From assembly GCA_965232405.1 (NCBI GenBank), contig OZ246966.1:1417731-1481730 (forward strand): a stretch of 64,000 nt of DNA, read 5' to 3'. This document shows positions 21,488-32,169 of the stretch, in pieces. A model generated the notes under the pieces. That model searched no databases, was not told where the DNA came from, and was given only the letters and a program-made list of their open reading frames with translations. Source of the stretch: Rhizobiaceae bacterium. Lineage in GTDB: Bacteria > Pseudomonadota > Alphaproteobacteria > Rhizobiales > Rhizobiaceae. The stretch's first letter is position 1. Each line of letters opens with the position of its first letter. A program made the position numbers and the translations under genes.

Positions 21488-22051
21488 ATGCTTTCCCGTC
21501 TCGCGTTTTGCCTATCGACCGCCGCCATTCTCGTCTTGCAGCCAGCCGCTCTCCAGATCCCGGGCGGTGGCGTCGCACAAGCAGCCGCCTCGCAGTCCGG
21601 AACGGCTGTCGGTCCCAGCGGCCTGCCCTTGCCGAGATTTGTCAGCTTGAAGGCCAGCCGGGTCAATCTGCGGATCGGCCCCGGGCTCAACTACGCAATC
21701 GACTGGATGTACCTGAAATCGGGCCTGCCGATGGAGATCATCCAGGAATATGACAATTGGCGCCGGGTTCGCGATGCCGACGGCACGGAAGGCTGGATCA
21801 ACCAGTCGTTGCTTTCGGGGAAACGCACCGCAATCGTTGCGCCTTGGCAGCGCGGCAAGCCGACAAACGTGACGCTTCGTGCAGATGCCGACGACAAGGC
21901 ACGCATCGTCGCCGAACTGGAACCGGGTGTCGTGGGAACGATCGACAGCTGCAATGGCGAGTGGTGCCGGATGGATTTCGGCCAGGCACGAGGCTGGCTC
22001 AAACAGTCGATTGTCTGGGGTGCCTATCCGGGCGAGGCTATCGCCGACTGA
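21488..22051 (+). CDS. Secreted tandem bacterial SH3 domain protein
   Basis: PSGLPLPRFVSLK, WRRVRDADGTEGW, GW...VWG. Confidence 0.88.
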   Translation: MLSRLAFCLSTAAILVLQPAALQIPGGGVAQAAASQSGTAVGPSGLPLPRFVSLKASRVNLRIGPGLNYAIDWMYLKSGLPMEIIQEYDNWRRVRDADGTEGWINQSLLSGKRTAIVAPWQRGKPTNVTLRADADDKARIVAELEPGVVGTIDSCNGEWCRMDFGQARGWLKQSIVWGAYPGEAIAD

Positions 22052-22060
22052 CGGCCCGGC

Positions 22061-22501
22061 TCAGCGCCGCTTGCGCCGCAAGCGAACGATCACATCCACA
22101 TTGGCTATCTCCATCCCTTCCGGCGGTTCGGGAAGGTTGTGGAGAGAGACGGCACCGGTGTCGATATCGACCAGCTGGTTGTCGTCTTCGATGAAGAAGT
22201 GATGATGGTCCGAGGTGTTGGTGTCGAAATAGGTTCGCGCACCCTCGACCGCCAGAATCCGCAATAGCCCGGCATCGGTAAACTGGTGCAGGGCGTTGTA
22301 GACGGTGGCCAGCGAAACGGCGACGCCCGCAGTCTGGGCTTCCTCGTGCAGTTCCTCGGCGGAGAGATGCCGGTCGCCCTTGGCGAACAGCAGTTCAGCC
22401 AGCGCGATGCGCTGCCTGGTCGGCCGAAGTCCGGCCTCCCTTACCCGTTGCTCGATCTGCGTTTCGGTCGTCATTTCCACGGCCATCGACAGTGTCACCA
22501 T
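22061..22501 (-). CDS. irrA: Fur-family iron response regulator Irr
   Basis: GLRPTRQR, HLSAEELH, SLATVYNAL, TSDHHHFF; divergent from fabA. Confidence 0.92.
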   Translation of the reverse strand: MVTLSMAVEMTTETQIEQRVREAGLRPTRQRIALAELLFAKGDRHLSAEELHEEAQTAGVAVSLATVYNALHQFTDAGLLRILAVEGARTYFDTNTSDHHHFFIEDDNQLVDIDTGAVSLHNLPEPPEGMEIANVDVIVRLRRKRR

Positions 22502-22730
22502 TCCCGTTTGCGCCCTGGCGGATACGTGCGGATTGCCGCATAAGCCGCCATATTGGGAGCCTAGGTACGATTTCTATATATTTTGTGTGTCAGGCGCGAT
22601 CAATAGCGGTGCGGCGAACTGCCCAATGCTGTTTGAAGACGCCAAAGCGGAGTTTCCAGCGGGCAAATGTCTGTGATAGGGAAATCCCGACAATAACGAC
22701 TTCCGGACGGAAGCAGGCGGCGAGGACTCC

Positions 22731-23243
22731 ATGGCGGAACGCAAATCAAGCTACGGTTACGACGATCTTCTGGCATGTGCCAATGGAGACCTGTTCGGAC
22801 CCGGCAACGCGCAGCTTCCCGCCCCGCCCATGCTCATGTTCGACCGCATTACCGAAATCACCGAAGAGGGCGGAGAGTTTGGCAAGGGCTGTGTACGTGC
22901 CGAACTCGAGATCAAGCCGGATCTTTGGTTCTTTCCCTGCCATTTCCCGGGCAATCCGGTGATGCCGGGATGCCTTGGCCTCGATGCCATGTGGCAGATG
23001 ACCGGCTTCTTCCTCGGCTGGCTCGGACTGCCCGGCAAGGGCATGGCGCTGTCGACGGGCGAGGTAAAGTTCAAAGGCATGGTCACGCCGAAGACCAAGC
23101 TGGTCGAATATGGCGTGGACTTCAAGCGCGTCATGCGCGGCCGACTGGTGCTCGGCATCGCCGACGGTTGGCTTAAGGCTGATGGCGAGGCCATATACAA
23201 GGCAACCGATCTGCGGGTCGGCCTTGCACAGCAGGAATCCTGA
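22731..23243 (+). CDS. fabA: 3-hydroxyacyl-ACP dehydratase/isomerase
   Basis: [29 protein letters not shown]. Confidence 0.97.
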   Translation: MAERKSSYGYDDLLACANGDLFGPGNAQLPAPPMLMFDRITEITEEGGEFGKGCVRAELEIKPDLWFFPCHFPGNPVMPGCLGLDAMWQMTGFFLGWLGLPGKGMALSTGEVKFKGMVTPKTKLVEYGVDFKRVMRGRLVLGIADGWLKADGEAIYKATDLRVGLAQQES

Positions 23244-23291
23244 TTTCAAACGCTTGAGGGCGGCTACAATGCCCCGCCCAGGGAGAGCAAT

Positions 23292-24512
23292 ATGAGACGT
23301 GTCGTCGTAACCGGCCTCGGTGTCGTATCCTCGATCGGCAACAATGCCTCGGAGGTTACCGATTCACTGCGCAACGCAAAGTCGGGCATCACCTTCTCCG
23401 ACGATTTTGCCGAGCACGGTTTCAAGTGCCAGGTGTGGGGCGCTCCTTCGCTCGATCCGACCGAACTGGTGGACCGGCGCGCCATGCGTTTTCTGTCCAA
23501 GGGCGGCGCGTGGAACCACGTCGCGATGGAGCAGGCGATTGCCGATGCCGGGCTCGAGGAAGGCGACATCACCAATGAGCGCACCGGCATCGTGATGGGG
23601 TCTGGCGGCCCCTCGACGCGCACGATCGTGGAAGCCGCGGCGATCACGGAGAAAAACGGCAGCCCGAAACGCATCGGACCGTTTGCGGTTCCCAAGGCGA
23701 TGTCGTCGACAGCTTCGGCAACGCTTGCGACCTGGTTCAAGATCCACGGCGTCAACTATTCCATCTCTTCGGCCTGCTCCACCTCTGCGCATTGCGTCGG
23801 CAACGCAGCCGAACTGATCCAGTGGGGCAAACAGGACATGATGTTTGCCGGCGGTCACGAAGACCTCGACTGGACGATGTCGAACCTGTTCGACGCGATG
23901 GGCGCCATGTCGTCGAAATACAACGACAAGCCATCAACGGCTTCGCGCGCCTATGACGCCAACCGTGACGGCTTCGTCATTGCCGGTGGTGCTGGCGTTC
24001 TGGTCCTGGAAGAGCTGGAACACGCCAAGGCACGCGGCGCCAAGATCTATTGCGAGATCGTCGGTTATGGCGCGACGTCGGACGGCTACGACATGGTCGC
24101 GCCCTCAGGCGAAGGCGCGGTTCGCTGCATGAAGCAGGCGCTGGCCACCGTCGACGGCGGCGTCGACTACATCAACACCCACGGCACCTCGACGCCGGTG
24201 GGCGACAGCCGCGAAGTCGGGGCAATCCGAGAGGTGTTCGGCAACGACATCCCGCATATCGCCTCAACCAAATCGCTTACCGGACACTGCCTGGGCGGCG
24301 CTGGCGTGCAGGAGGCGATCTACTCGATCCTGATGATGAAGGAAGGCTTCATCGGCGAAAGCGCTCACGTTGAAGAACTTGACCCGGAATTTGAGGGAAT
24401 GCCGATTGTTCGCAAGCGCATCGACAACGCCCAGTTCGATACGGCACTTTCTAACTCGTTCGGGTTTGGCGGCACCAACGCCACGCTTGTCATGCGCCGC
24501 TACAACGGCTGA
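23292..24512 (+). CDS. fabB: Beta-ketoacyl-ACP synthase I
   Basis: [26 protein letters not shown]. Confidence 0.96.
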   Translation: MRRVVVTGLGVVSSIGNNASEVTDSLRNAKSGITFSDDFAEHGFKCQVWGAPSLDPTELVDRRAMRFLSKGGAWNHVAMEQAIADAGLEEGDITNERTGIVMGSGGPSTRTIVEAAAITEKNGSPKRIGPFAVPKAMSSTASATLATWFKIHGVNYSISSACSTSAHCVGNAAELIQWGKQDMMFAGGHEDLDWTMSNLFDAMGAMSSKYNDKPSTASRAYDANRDGFVIAGGAGVLVLEELEHAKARGAKIYCEIVGYGATSDGYDMVAPSGEGAVRCMKQALATVDGGVDYINTHGTSTPVGDSREVGAIREVFGNDIPHIASTKSLTGHCLGGAGVQEAIYSILMMKEGFIGESAHVEELDPEFEGMPIVRKRIDNAQFDTALSNSFGFGGTNATLVMRRYNG

Positions 24513-24526
24513 TCGGGGCGACATTC

Positions 24527-25339
24527 ATGGACGGACTGATGAAGGGGCGGCGCGGCCTCATTACCGGCATCGCCAATGACCATTCGATTGCATGGGGCAT
24601 TGCCCGCACGCTGCATGAGCATGGCGCAGACATTGCCGTAACCTATCAGGGCGAGGCATTCGGGCGCCGGGTCAAGCCGCTGGCGGAAAAGATTGGCAGC
24701 AAGCTGGTCATGCCGTGCGATGTCGAAGACAGCGGCTCGATCGAAAGCGTCTTCAACACGATCCGTGACGAATGGGGCGGCCTCGACTTCCTTGTCCATG
24801 CCGTCGGGTTTTCCGACAAGAACGAGCTCAAGGGCCTTTACGCCGACACCAGCCGCGACAACTTCACCCGAACGATGCTGATTTCCTGCTACTCGTTCAC
24901 CGAGATGGCGCGCCATGCCGCTGCGCTGATGAACGATGGCGGCAGCATGGTCACGATGACTTATGCCGGATCGGTGCGGGTGATGCCGAACTACAATGTC
25001 ATGGGTGTCGCCAAGGCCGCACTGGAAGCAAGCGTGCGCTATCTCGCCAATGATTACGGGCCGCGCGGCATACGCGTGAACGGCCTTTCGGCAGGCCCGG
25101 TCCGCACCCTCGCCGGTGCCGGCGTGTCCGATGCGCGCTACATGTTTTCGTTTCAGCAGCGTAATTCACCGCTCAGAAAAACCGTGTCCCTGGACGAGGT
25201 CGGCGGGTCGGCTCTTTACCTGTTATCGGACCTCTCCGGCGGCGTGACCGGCGAGATCCACTATGTGGATTCTGGTTACCATATCGTTTCCATGCCGTCG
25301 CTAGATGAGCTTAAGCGCTTTGATTCAAACGATAATTAG
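24527..25339 (+). CDS. fabI: Enoyl-ACP reductase
   Basis: GIANDHSIAWG, YNVMGVAKAALE, SAGPVRT. Confidence 0.96.
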   Translation: MDGLMKGRRGLITGIANDHSIAWGIARTLHEHGADIAVTYQGEAFGRRVKPLAEKIGSKLVMPCDVEDSGSIESVFNTIRDEWGGLDFLVHAVGFSDKNELKGLYADTSRDNFTRTMLISCYSFTEMARHAAALMNDGGSMVTMTYAGSVRVMPNYNVMGVAKAALEASVRYLANDYGPRGIRVNGLSAGPVRTLAGAGVSDARYMFSFQQRNSPLRKTVSLDEVGGSALYLLSDLSGGVTGEIHYVDSGYHIVSMPSLDELKRFDSNDN

Positions 25340-25426
25340 CATTCGCTACAATTAAATTGGAATCATTGCCGGAAACCCTTTCTAAGTAGATTTCGGTTAC
25401 AGTTGCAGGCGAATGGGGCAGTTCGC

Positions 25427-26959
25427 ATGCAAGATTCTACGCAACCGTTTCGTACGCCAGTATTTCGTCTCCTGACCATCGGCGCCGCCGGCATCGGCAG
25501 CTTCATCATTGGTCTATGGGGACTGCGCTACGGCATGGGCGACCAGATCGCCGGCATGCCTGCGGAGGTAATCGGTGCGATCATCGCGTCGCTATGCGCG
25601 CTCGCGGCCGCCGGGTCGTCGATGTCGTTTTTTGCCGGCGTGGATGAATCGGCAAGCTACGTATACCGCGAGACCCAGACCGACAAGCTGACCGGGCTCA
25701 ATTCCCGAACGGCCATGATTGGCAAGATAGCGGAAGCGGCCATCGCCACGTCGCGCACCGGCAAACCGGTCTATCTCATCGACATCGAAATCGACCGCTT
25801 CAAGCACATCAACGATTCCATCGGCGACCAGCAGGGCGAAGAACTGGTCAAGCTGTTTGCCGCCAGGCTGACCGACAACATGCCTGACGACATCGAAGTC
25901 GGGCGCACGGGTGCCGGCCAGTTCTGCATTCTGCTTCCGGACGACAAGTCGCCGCTTCTGATCAACGAGTTCGTCGAGCAACTGATCGAAGCGATGATGA
26001 AGCCCTTTCCGCTGAAATCCCATCTCCAGTCGGTCAGTGTTTCGGTTGGCATCGTCGCCATGCCCAAGGACGGTCACGATCCGATTACGCTGTTGCGCCG
26101 CTCGAACCTTGCCTTGCAGCAGGCGCGCGCGCTGGGCGTGGCCAGCTGGGCCGTGTTCCACCCGGATATGGGTCGCGTTGCAGAGCACCGCCAGTGGATC
26201 GAATCCGAGCTGCATTCGGCCTTCAAGCGCGGCGATTTCGAACTGCACTACCAGCCGCAGCTCGACCTCTCCAGCCAGCGCATCGTGGGCTATGAGGCTC
26301 TTATCCGGTGGCGACACCCCACCCGCGGCATGATTACACCGATGGAGTTCATTCCGATCGCCGAGGAAACCGGCATGATCGTTCCGATCGGCGAGTGGGT
26401 GCTGCGCAAGGCCTGCACCGACGCACTGATGCTGCCGGAAGACTGTTTCGTGGCGGTGAACATCTCACCGGTCCAGTTCATGTCCAAGAACTTCATGTCG
26501 ATGGTTCGCACAGTCATGAACGAGACGCAGCTCAAGCCGTCCAAGCTGGAGCTTGAAGTGACCGAGACGGCCATGATGCAGGACAAGGAGCGCGCTGCGA
26601 AGATCCTGAAGGAACTGACCGACATGGGCATTTCGGTGGCCGTGGACGATTTCGGCACCGGCTACTCAAACCTCAGCTATCTCATCGACTTCTCGTTCCA
26701 GAAGCTGAAGATCGACCGCTCATTCGTCAGCCGCATGGAAAACGACAGCAGCACCGGCGCCGTGGTTTCCACAATTGTCGGCCTGTCGCGGGCGCTCGGC
26801 GTCCACACCATTGCCGAAGGCGTGGAAACCGAAAGCCAGGCCACGCTGCTGCGGGCAGCCGGCTGTGAGGTTGTGCAAGGCTACTTCTATGGCCGTCCCG
26901 AGCCGCTGGTTGTCAACCTTGCGCCGGAAGAGCCGAAGAAGGTCGCGAACCTCCACTAG
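25427..26959 (+). CDS. Membrane-anchored degenerate-GGDEF / EAL c-di-GMP phosphodiesterase
   Basis: Two N-terminal TM segments; GAGQF in place of GGDEF; intact EAL, DDFGTG, KIDRSF, EGVE. Confidence 0.9.
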   Translation: MQDSTQPFRTPVFRLLTIGAAGIGSFIIGLWGLRYGMGDQIAGMPAEVIGAIIASLCALAAAGSSMSFFAGVDESASYVYRETQTDKLTGLNSRTAMIGKIAEAAIATSRTGKPVYLIDIEIDRFKHINDSIGDQQGEELVKLFAARLTDNMPDDIEVGRTGAGQFCILLPDDKSPLLINEFVEQLIEAMMKPFPLKSHLQSVSVSVGIVAMPKDGHDPITLLRRSNLALQQARALGVASWAVFHPDMGRVAEHRQWIESELHSAFKRGDFELHYQPQLDLSSQRIVGYEALIRWRHPTRGMITPMEFIPIAEETGMIVPIGEWVLRKACTDALMLPEDCFVAVNISPVQFMSKNFMSMVRTVMNETQLKPSKLELEVTETAMMQDKERAAKILKELTDMGISVAVDDFGTGYSNLSYLIDFSFQKLKIDRSFVSRMENDSSTGAVVSTIVGLSRALGVHTIAEGVETESQATLLRAAGCEVVQGYFYGRPEPLVVNLAPEEPKKVANLH

Positions 26960-27001
26960 GTTATGCTTGCCGAAGGCGGCGCCTGAGCCGCCTTCCCTTT
27001 C

Positions 27002-28015
27002 CTATTTCACAGCCCACAAAACGCGGAAGCGATTGTCGCTCGCCAGTTCACCGTGCCGCGCGGCCCCGGCTGCCAGTTCCCGTTCGTAGGGAAGCCCCCG
27101 GTTGGCGACCAGAAACAGGCGGCCGCCTTTTTTCAGCGCCGCCAGCGCCACCTTGATCATCGTGACGCCGATGTCCGGTTCAGCCGCCCTGCCCTGATGA
27201 AAGGGCGGATTCATGACGATAGCGTCGTAGTGCTGCGTGACAGGCTCAGACAGCAGATCGTGCCAAAAATAGTCGCGGTCCGGCCCAGTGCCGCCGACAC
27301 CCTGCAAATTGGTCCTGGCGGCTTCGAGCGCTGTCTGCGAGGCTTCGTAGAGGTCGATCGAAGTGATGCCCTCCAGCTCCGCCAGCCTGACCGAGAGATA
27401 ACCCCATCCGGCGCCGAAATCGGCGACAGCGCCGCTAATGTCAGCCGGCAAACTGTCCGCCAGCAGGCGCGAACCGGCATCGACCTCGCCGGCGGAGAAC
27501 ATGCCGGCGCCGGTGACAAACCGATCCTCGACCAGGCCCTCGGCCGGGCGTAGAGCTTTGATTGCCGCCTCGGCGTCGGCTGGCCGTTGCAGCCAGAATA
27601 CCATGCCGTGAAATTTCGATTGTGAGCCGGCTGGCTCTATAAGAGCGCCAACGCGCTTCTTAAGGCTGGCGATACCGTCCGTCTTGCCGCCTGCCACAAG
27701 GATCAGTCCGCCGGCACGGGTCCGTGCCAGAGCTTCGGCAATCCAGCCCTCATTCTGCCTGCGGTGGCGGCCTGCCAACACGATGGTCAGATCGTAGTCC
27801 TCGCCCTCCGGCTGCGGAACGACCTCATGTCCGGTTCGTTCGAGCGGCAGAAAGAGCGGTCTCAAATCCTGTACGAGAACAAGCTCCGGCGTGAAGCCGT
27901 CGGGCCTGCGCATGTCGGGCGACGCGTTGAGGACGAGCCCACGCGCACCGGCCGCTGGCATCTCAACCAGGCCGCGCTCGAAAGGATGAAGGGCAATCGC
28001 GGTCCTGTTGTCCAT
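27002..28015 (-). CDS. RsmC/MTS-like class I SAM methyltransferase
   Basis: FSAGEVDAGSRLL, DFGAGWG, MNPPFH. Confidence 0.88.
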   Translation of the reverse strand: MDNRTAIALHPFERGLVEMPAAGARGLVLNASPDMRRPDGFTPELVLVQDLRPLFLPLERTGHEVVPQPEGEDYDLTIVLAGRHRRQNEGWIAEALARTRAGGLILVAGGKTDGIASLKKRVGALIEPAGSQSKFHGMVFWLQRPADAEAAIKALRPAEGLVEDRFVTGAGMFSAGEVDAGSRLLADSLPADISGAVADFGAGWGYLSVRLAELEGITSIDLYEASQTALEAARTNLQGVGGTGPDRDYFWHDLLSEPVTQHYDAIVMNPPFHQGRAAEPDIGVTMIKVALAALKKGGRLFLVANRGLPYERELAAGAARHGELASDNRFRVLWAVK

Positions 28016-28058
28016 TTCGCTCTCACCAACCTCGTCTGACCAGAACGGAGCCGCCTAG

Positions 28059-28088
28059 AAAAAAGGCGCGGCCATGGAGCCGCGCCTT
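28059..28088 (-). terminator. Rho-independent terminator after pnp
   Basis: AAGGCGCGGC-catgga-GCCGCGCCTT with minus-strand U-run. Confidence 0.85.
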
Positions 28089-28113
28089 CTCGTCTCGAGT
28101 CGATCCGCGTGGA

Positions 28114-30255
28114 TCAGGCGTCGGTTTCCTCGGCCTTCTTCTCGCGGGCGAGTTCCTTGCCGGTCTCCTGGTCGACGACCTTCATCGACAGGCGAACCTT
28201 GCCGCGCTCGTCAAAGCCCATCAGCTTCACCCAAACCTTGTCGCCTTCCTTGACGACATCGGTGGTCTTTCCGACCCGCTCCTGTGCGAGCTGCGAGATG
28301 TGAACCAGACCGTCCTTCGGGCCGAAGAAGTTGACGAAAGCGCCGAAGTCGGCGGTCTTCACAACCGTGCCCTCGTAGATCTCGCCCACTTCCGGCTCTG
28401 CCGTCAGCGAGTGAATCCACTTCTTGGCTGCCTCGATCTCCTTGGCGTTGGACGAGGCGATCTTCACGGTGCCGTCGTCCTCGATATTGATCTTGGCGCC
28501 GGTCTTTTCGACGATCTCGCGGATCACCTTGCCGCCGGTGCCGATCACGTCGCGGATCTTGTCGGTCGGGATGTTCATCACCTCGATGCGCGGTGCGAAC
28601 TCGCCAAGCTCCGAACGGCCCTGGGAAATAGCCTTGGCCATCTCGCCGAGGATGTGCGCGCGGCTTTCCTTGGCCTGATCGAGAGCGACCTTCATGATCT
28701 CCTCGGTGATGCCGGAGATCTTGATGTCCATCTGGAGCGAGGTGATGCCGTCGTCGGTGCCGGCAACCTTGAAGTCCATGTCACCGAGATGGTCTTCGTC
28801 GCCAAGGATGTCGGAGAGCACCGCAAAGCGCTCGCCTTCCTTGATCAGGCCCATGGCGATACCGGCAACAGGCTTGGTCAGCGGTACGCCGGCATCCATG
28901 AGCGCCAGCGAGGTGCCGCAGACCGTCGCCATCGACGACGAACCGTTGGACTCGGTGATCTCGGATACCACGCGCAGCGTGTAGGGGAACTGATCGGCAG
29001 CGGGCAGCATCGGATGGATTGCGCGCCAGGCAAGCTTGCCGTGGCCGATTTCGCGGCGGCCCGGGGAACCCATGCGGCCCGTCTCACCCACCGAATAGGG
29101 TGGGAAATTGTAGTGCAGCATGAAGGTTTCCTTGTAGGTGCCGGTCAGGGCATCCACAAACTGCTCGTCCTCGCCGGTGCCCAGCGTGGCAACGACCATG
29201 GCCTGCGTCTCGCCGCGCGTGAACACGGCCGAACCGTGGGTGCGCGGAAATACGCCGACTTCCGAAACGATCGGACGCACGGTCTTCAGGTCGCGGCCGT
29301 CGATACGGCTGCCGGTGTCGAGAATGTTCCAGCGAACGATCTTGGCCTGCAGTTCCTTGAACACGGAACCGACCTGCTCGGGGGACCATTTCGCCTCTTC
29401 GCCCTCTGCCGGGGTGAAGGCTTCCTTGACCTTGGCTTTGACCGCGTCGACAGCGGCGTAGCGGTCCTGCTTGTCGGTGATCTTGTAGGCTTCGCGCAGC
29501 TCGCCCTCGACCAGCTTCAGCATCTCGCCTTCGAGTTCCGACAGATCGGCGGGCGTGTGCTCGCGCGGTTCCTTGGCGGCTGCCTCGGCCAGCTTGATGA
29601 TCGCGTCGATCACCGGCTGGAACGATTTGTGGCCGAACATGACGGCACCGAGCATGACGTCTTCCGACAGCTCATGCGCTTCGGACTCAACCATCATCAC
29701 GGCGTCGCCGGTGCCGGCCACGACCAGGTCGAGCTTGGTCTCCGGCATTTCGTCGACCTGCGGGTTGAGCACATACTCACCGCCGATATAGCCGACGCGC
29801 GCAGCGCCGATCGGGCCCATGAAGGGGACGCCCGACAGCGTCAGAGCGGCGGAAGCCGCGATCATGGCCACAACATCGGGATCATTTTCCAGATCGTGCT
29901 GGAGAACGGTGAGAACGACCTGCGTGTCGTTCTTGTATCCGTCTGCAAACAGCGGACGGATCGGGCGGTCGATCAGGCGCGAGGTGAGCGTTTCCTTTTC
30001 GCTCGGGCGTCCCTCACGCTTGAAGAAGCCGCCCGGGATCTTGCCGGCGGCAAAGGTCTTTTCCTGGTAGTTGACGGTCAGCGGAAAGAAGTCGAAGCCG
30101 GGCTTCGGCTGCTTTTCGGAGACAACGGTGGCCAGAACCACGGTCTCGCCATAGGTGGCAAGCACGGCGCCGTCTGCCTGACGGGCGATCTTGCCGGTTT
30201 CAAGAATGAGCGGACGTCCGCCCCATTCCATCTCAACTTTGTGTTGTTTGAACAT
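28114..30255 (-). CDS. pnp: Polyribonucleotide nucleotidyltransferase
   Basis: [37 protein letters not shown] and S1 domains. Confidence 0.98.
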   Translation of the reverse strand: MFKQHKVEMEWGGRPLILETGKIARQADGAVLATYGETVVLATVVSEKQPKPGFDFFPLTVNYQEKTFAAGKIPGGFFKREGRPSEKETLTSRLIDRPIRPLFADGYKNDTQVVLTVLQHDLENDPDVVAMIAASAALTLSGVPFMGPIGAARVGYIGGEYVLNPQVDEMPETKLDLVVAGTGDAVMMVESEAHELSEDVMLGAVMFGHKSFQPVIDAIIKLAEAAAKEPREHTPADLSELEGEMLKLVEGELREAYKITDKQDRYAAVDAVKAKVKEAFTPAEGEEAKWSPEQVGSVFKELQAKIVRWNILDTGSRIDGRDLKTVRPIVSEVGVFPRTHGSAVFTRGETQAMVVATLGTGEDEQFVDALTGTYKETFMLHYNFPPYSVGETGRMGSPGRREIGHGKLAWRAIHPMLPAADQFPYTLRVVSEITESNGSSSMATVCGTSLALMDAGVPLTKPVAGIAMGLIKEGERFAVLSDILGDEDHLGDMDFKVAGTDDGITSLQMDIKISGITEEIMKVALDQAKESRAHILGEMAKAISQGRSELGEFAPRIEVMNIPTDKIRDVIGTGGKVIREIVEKTGAKINIEDDGTVKIASSNAKEIEAAKKWIHSLTAEPEVGEIYEGTVVKTADFGAFVNFFGPKDGLVHISQLAQERVGKTTDVVKEGDKVWVKLMGFDERGKVRLSMKVVDQETGKELAREKKAEETDA

Positions 30256-30429
30256 ATCCTGTCCTCAATGGAGGAAGCCTGCGCTCTCTCGGGCGCATCG
30301 CGTTCCCCTGCTTCGTTCCCGGCTGCCACAGCACAATGCGGAAGTTTCCCGCAGCCGTCTCGGCATTGCCGGTCATGGTTCGGATCTTCGACCGCGGCTT
30401 GGGTCGCCGCATCTGGAGATCCGGAACGA

Positions 30430-30506
30430 GCCACGGGCAAGACAACGGGGAGCTCCGTCTTTGGCGCCTTGCGCGCTCAGAGCTGCCTGCAATCCTGCCC
30501 CATGAC
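30430..30506 (-). promoter_or_regulatory. Long pnp leader stem-loop (probable RNase III site)
   Basis: Minus strand GTCATGGGGCAGGAT pairs with GTCTTGCCCGTGGC (G-U pairs, one bulge). Confidence 0.6.
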
Positions 30507-30580
30507 CCGGTCCTGGGGCGCGCCGTCGGGCCTTTCAACGTTCCGTTGGCGCAGGTTTGGCCGCATGAGCGGCCGGTTTA

Positions 30581-30617
30581 TCGCGATGGCGAACGGACCA
30601 GCCGCCCGCCATCGCGA
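30581..30617 (-). terminator. Hairpin after rpsO
   Basis: TCGCGATGGCG / CGCCATCGCGA perfect 11-bp inverted repeat. Confidence 0.65.
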
Positions 30618-30621
30618 CAAT

Positions 30622-30891
30622 TTAGCGGCGTATTCCGAGCTTGCCGATCAGCGTCTTGTAACGCGCGCTGTCCTTGGAATTCAGATAGTCCAAGAGACGA
30701 CGGCGCTGCGACACGAGCTTCAGAAGACCACGGCGGGAATGGTTGTCCTTTTTGTGGTCCTTGAAGTGTTCGGTCAGGTTCGTGATACGCTCCGTCAGAA
30801 TCGCAACCTGAACTTCCGGCGAACCGGTGTCGCCCTTGGCGGTTGCATATTCTTTCATGAGCTCTTGTTTCCGCTCAGCGGTAATCGACAT
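30622..30891 (-). CDS. rpsO: 30S ribosomal protein S15
   Basis: [23 protein letters not shown]. Confidence 0.98.
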   Translation of the reverse strand: MSITAERKQELMKEYATAKGDTGSPEVQVAILTERITNLTEHFKDHKKDNHSRRGLLKLVSQRRRLLDYLNSKDSARYKTLIGKLGIRR

Positions 30892-30965
30892 CGGGCTTCC
30901 TTTCTAAGTGGGAGGAATTGGGTCGCCCACGGCCGGGATGTCGTCCAGCGGGGGCCGGTCAGGCA
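30892..30965 (-). promoter_or_regulatory. Putative S15 autoregulatory leader
   Basis: Compact structured 5' UTR (CCGGCCCCCGCTGGACGACATCCCGGCCGTGGGCGACCC) before rpsO; alphaproteobacterial S15 leaders are known; not verified by covariance search. Confidence 0.45.
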
Positions 30966-31044
30966 GCGTCAAGCCGCTGCGCTGCGGCGCATATAGTCGA
31001 ATTCCGCGGCAATTGCCAGTGCGATCTTCGCGCGGCGGGATGCG

Positions 31045-32118
31045 CTACAACCACCTCTTCCATCGAAACACGATCAGCAGGCCAAGCGCGATCAGCCCCA
31101 TTATGCCAAGCGCCATCGGATAGCCGTAGGGCAGATCGAGTTCCGGCATGTTCCAGGCCGAATCCTGATCGAAATTCATGCCCCAGATGCTGGCCAGAAA
31201 GCCCAGAGGTATGAAGATGGTCGAGATGATGGTCAGAACCTTCATCACCTCGTTCATCTTGGTCGACACGCTGGAGAGATAGAGGTCAAGCAGCCCGGTC
31301 GCCAGTTCCCGATAGGTCTCCGTGACGTCGATCAGCTGGATTGCGTGATCGTAGGTGTCACGCAGATATTGATGCACCTCTTTCGGAATGAGGCCGATTT
31401 CCTGCCGCGACAGCGCGGACAGCATTTCGCGCGACGGCCACAGCGCCCGCTTGACCACGAGGAGCTCGCGCTTGATGCGATGCAACCGGGTCACGTCCTG
31501 TGGCCGGGGATCAATCGAAATCCTGTCCTCGATCGCCTCGAGTTCGTCGCCAATCGTCTCAAGCAGCGGAAAGTATGAATCGAGGATCGTGTCGAGGATG
31601 GCGTAGACCAGATAAGCGGCACCGCGCTTGCGGATGCGCCCGACGGGTGACGCAAGCCGGCGGCGCACCGGGTCGAGACAATCGCCCGGACGCTCCTGGA
31701 ACGTGACGACATGCGTCTTGTTGAAGGCGATCGCGAACTGTTCCTTGGAACTGACGCTCTTGCCGTCGAACATGTGCACCACGATCAGCGGATGATGGTC
31801 GTAGACATCGATTTTGGGGCGCTGGTCGGTGTTGGCAACGTCCTCGACCGCCAGCGGGTCCATGCCGATCAATTCGCCAATGGCAGAGATGAGATCGAGG
31901 TCCGCGAGACCGATCACGTCTATCCAGAGACGATCGCCTTTCTTCATGGCCGCGCGTACATCATCGATGCTGACATCCGTCACCTCGGTGGCGAGGTCGT
32001 CGGTGATGACGGTGAGACGTATCTTCGTCGGCGATGCGTTGACATCGGGCACGAGCGTGCCGGGCGGAGCGCCCACCGGCGATCGGCGATGTTCGACCAG
32101 TCTTTTCTTCTGCGTCAT
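31045..32118 (-). CDS. corA: CorA Mg/Co transporter
   Basis: GAPPGTL, QRPKID, FQERPGD, WGMNF signature. Confidence 0.93.
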   Translation of the reverse strand: MTQKKRLVEHRRSPVGAPPGTLVPDVNASPTKIRLTVITDDLATEVTDVSIDDVRAAMKKGDRLWIDVIGLADLDLISAIGELIGMDPLAVEDVANTDQRPKIDVYDHHPLIVVHMFDGKSVSSKEQFAIAFNKTHVVTFQERPGDCLDPVRRRLASPVGRIRKRGAAYLVYAILDTILDSYFPLLETIGDELEAIEDRISIDPRPQDVTRLHRIKRELLVVKRALWPSREMLSALSRQEIGLIPKEVHQYLRDTYDHAIQLIDVTETYRELATGLLDLYLSSVSTKMNEVMKVLTIISTIFIPLGFLASIWGMNFDQDSAWNMPELDLPYGYPMALGIMGLIALGLLIVFRWKRWL

Positions 32119-32169
32119 GCGGGGAAACTGGCGCAATTTGTGCACCTGCCGCAAGCCCAAACAGCGTAG

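Noticed and set aside
28300-30996. 898-aa plus-strand ORF, and similar long antisense ORFs (439-2025, 15625-16887, 34788-35936, 37004-38908, 42865-44217, 49499-50896, 53837-55219, 61538-62857)
   Set aside because: Exactly antisense to highly expressed, codon-biased core genes; typical shadow ORFs of GC-rich genomes with no recognisable motifs
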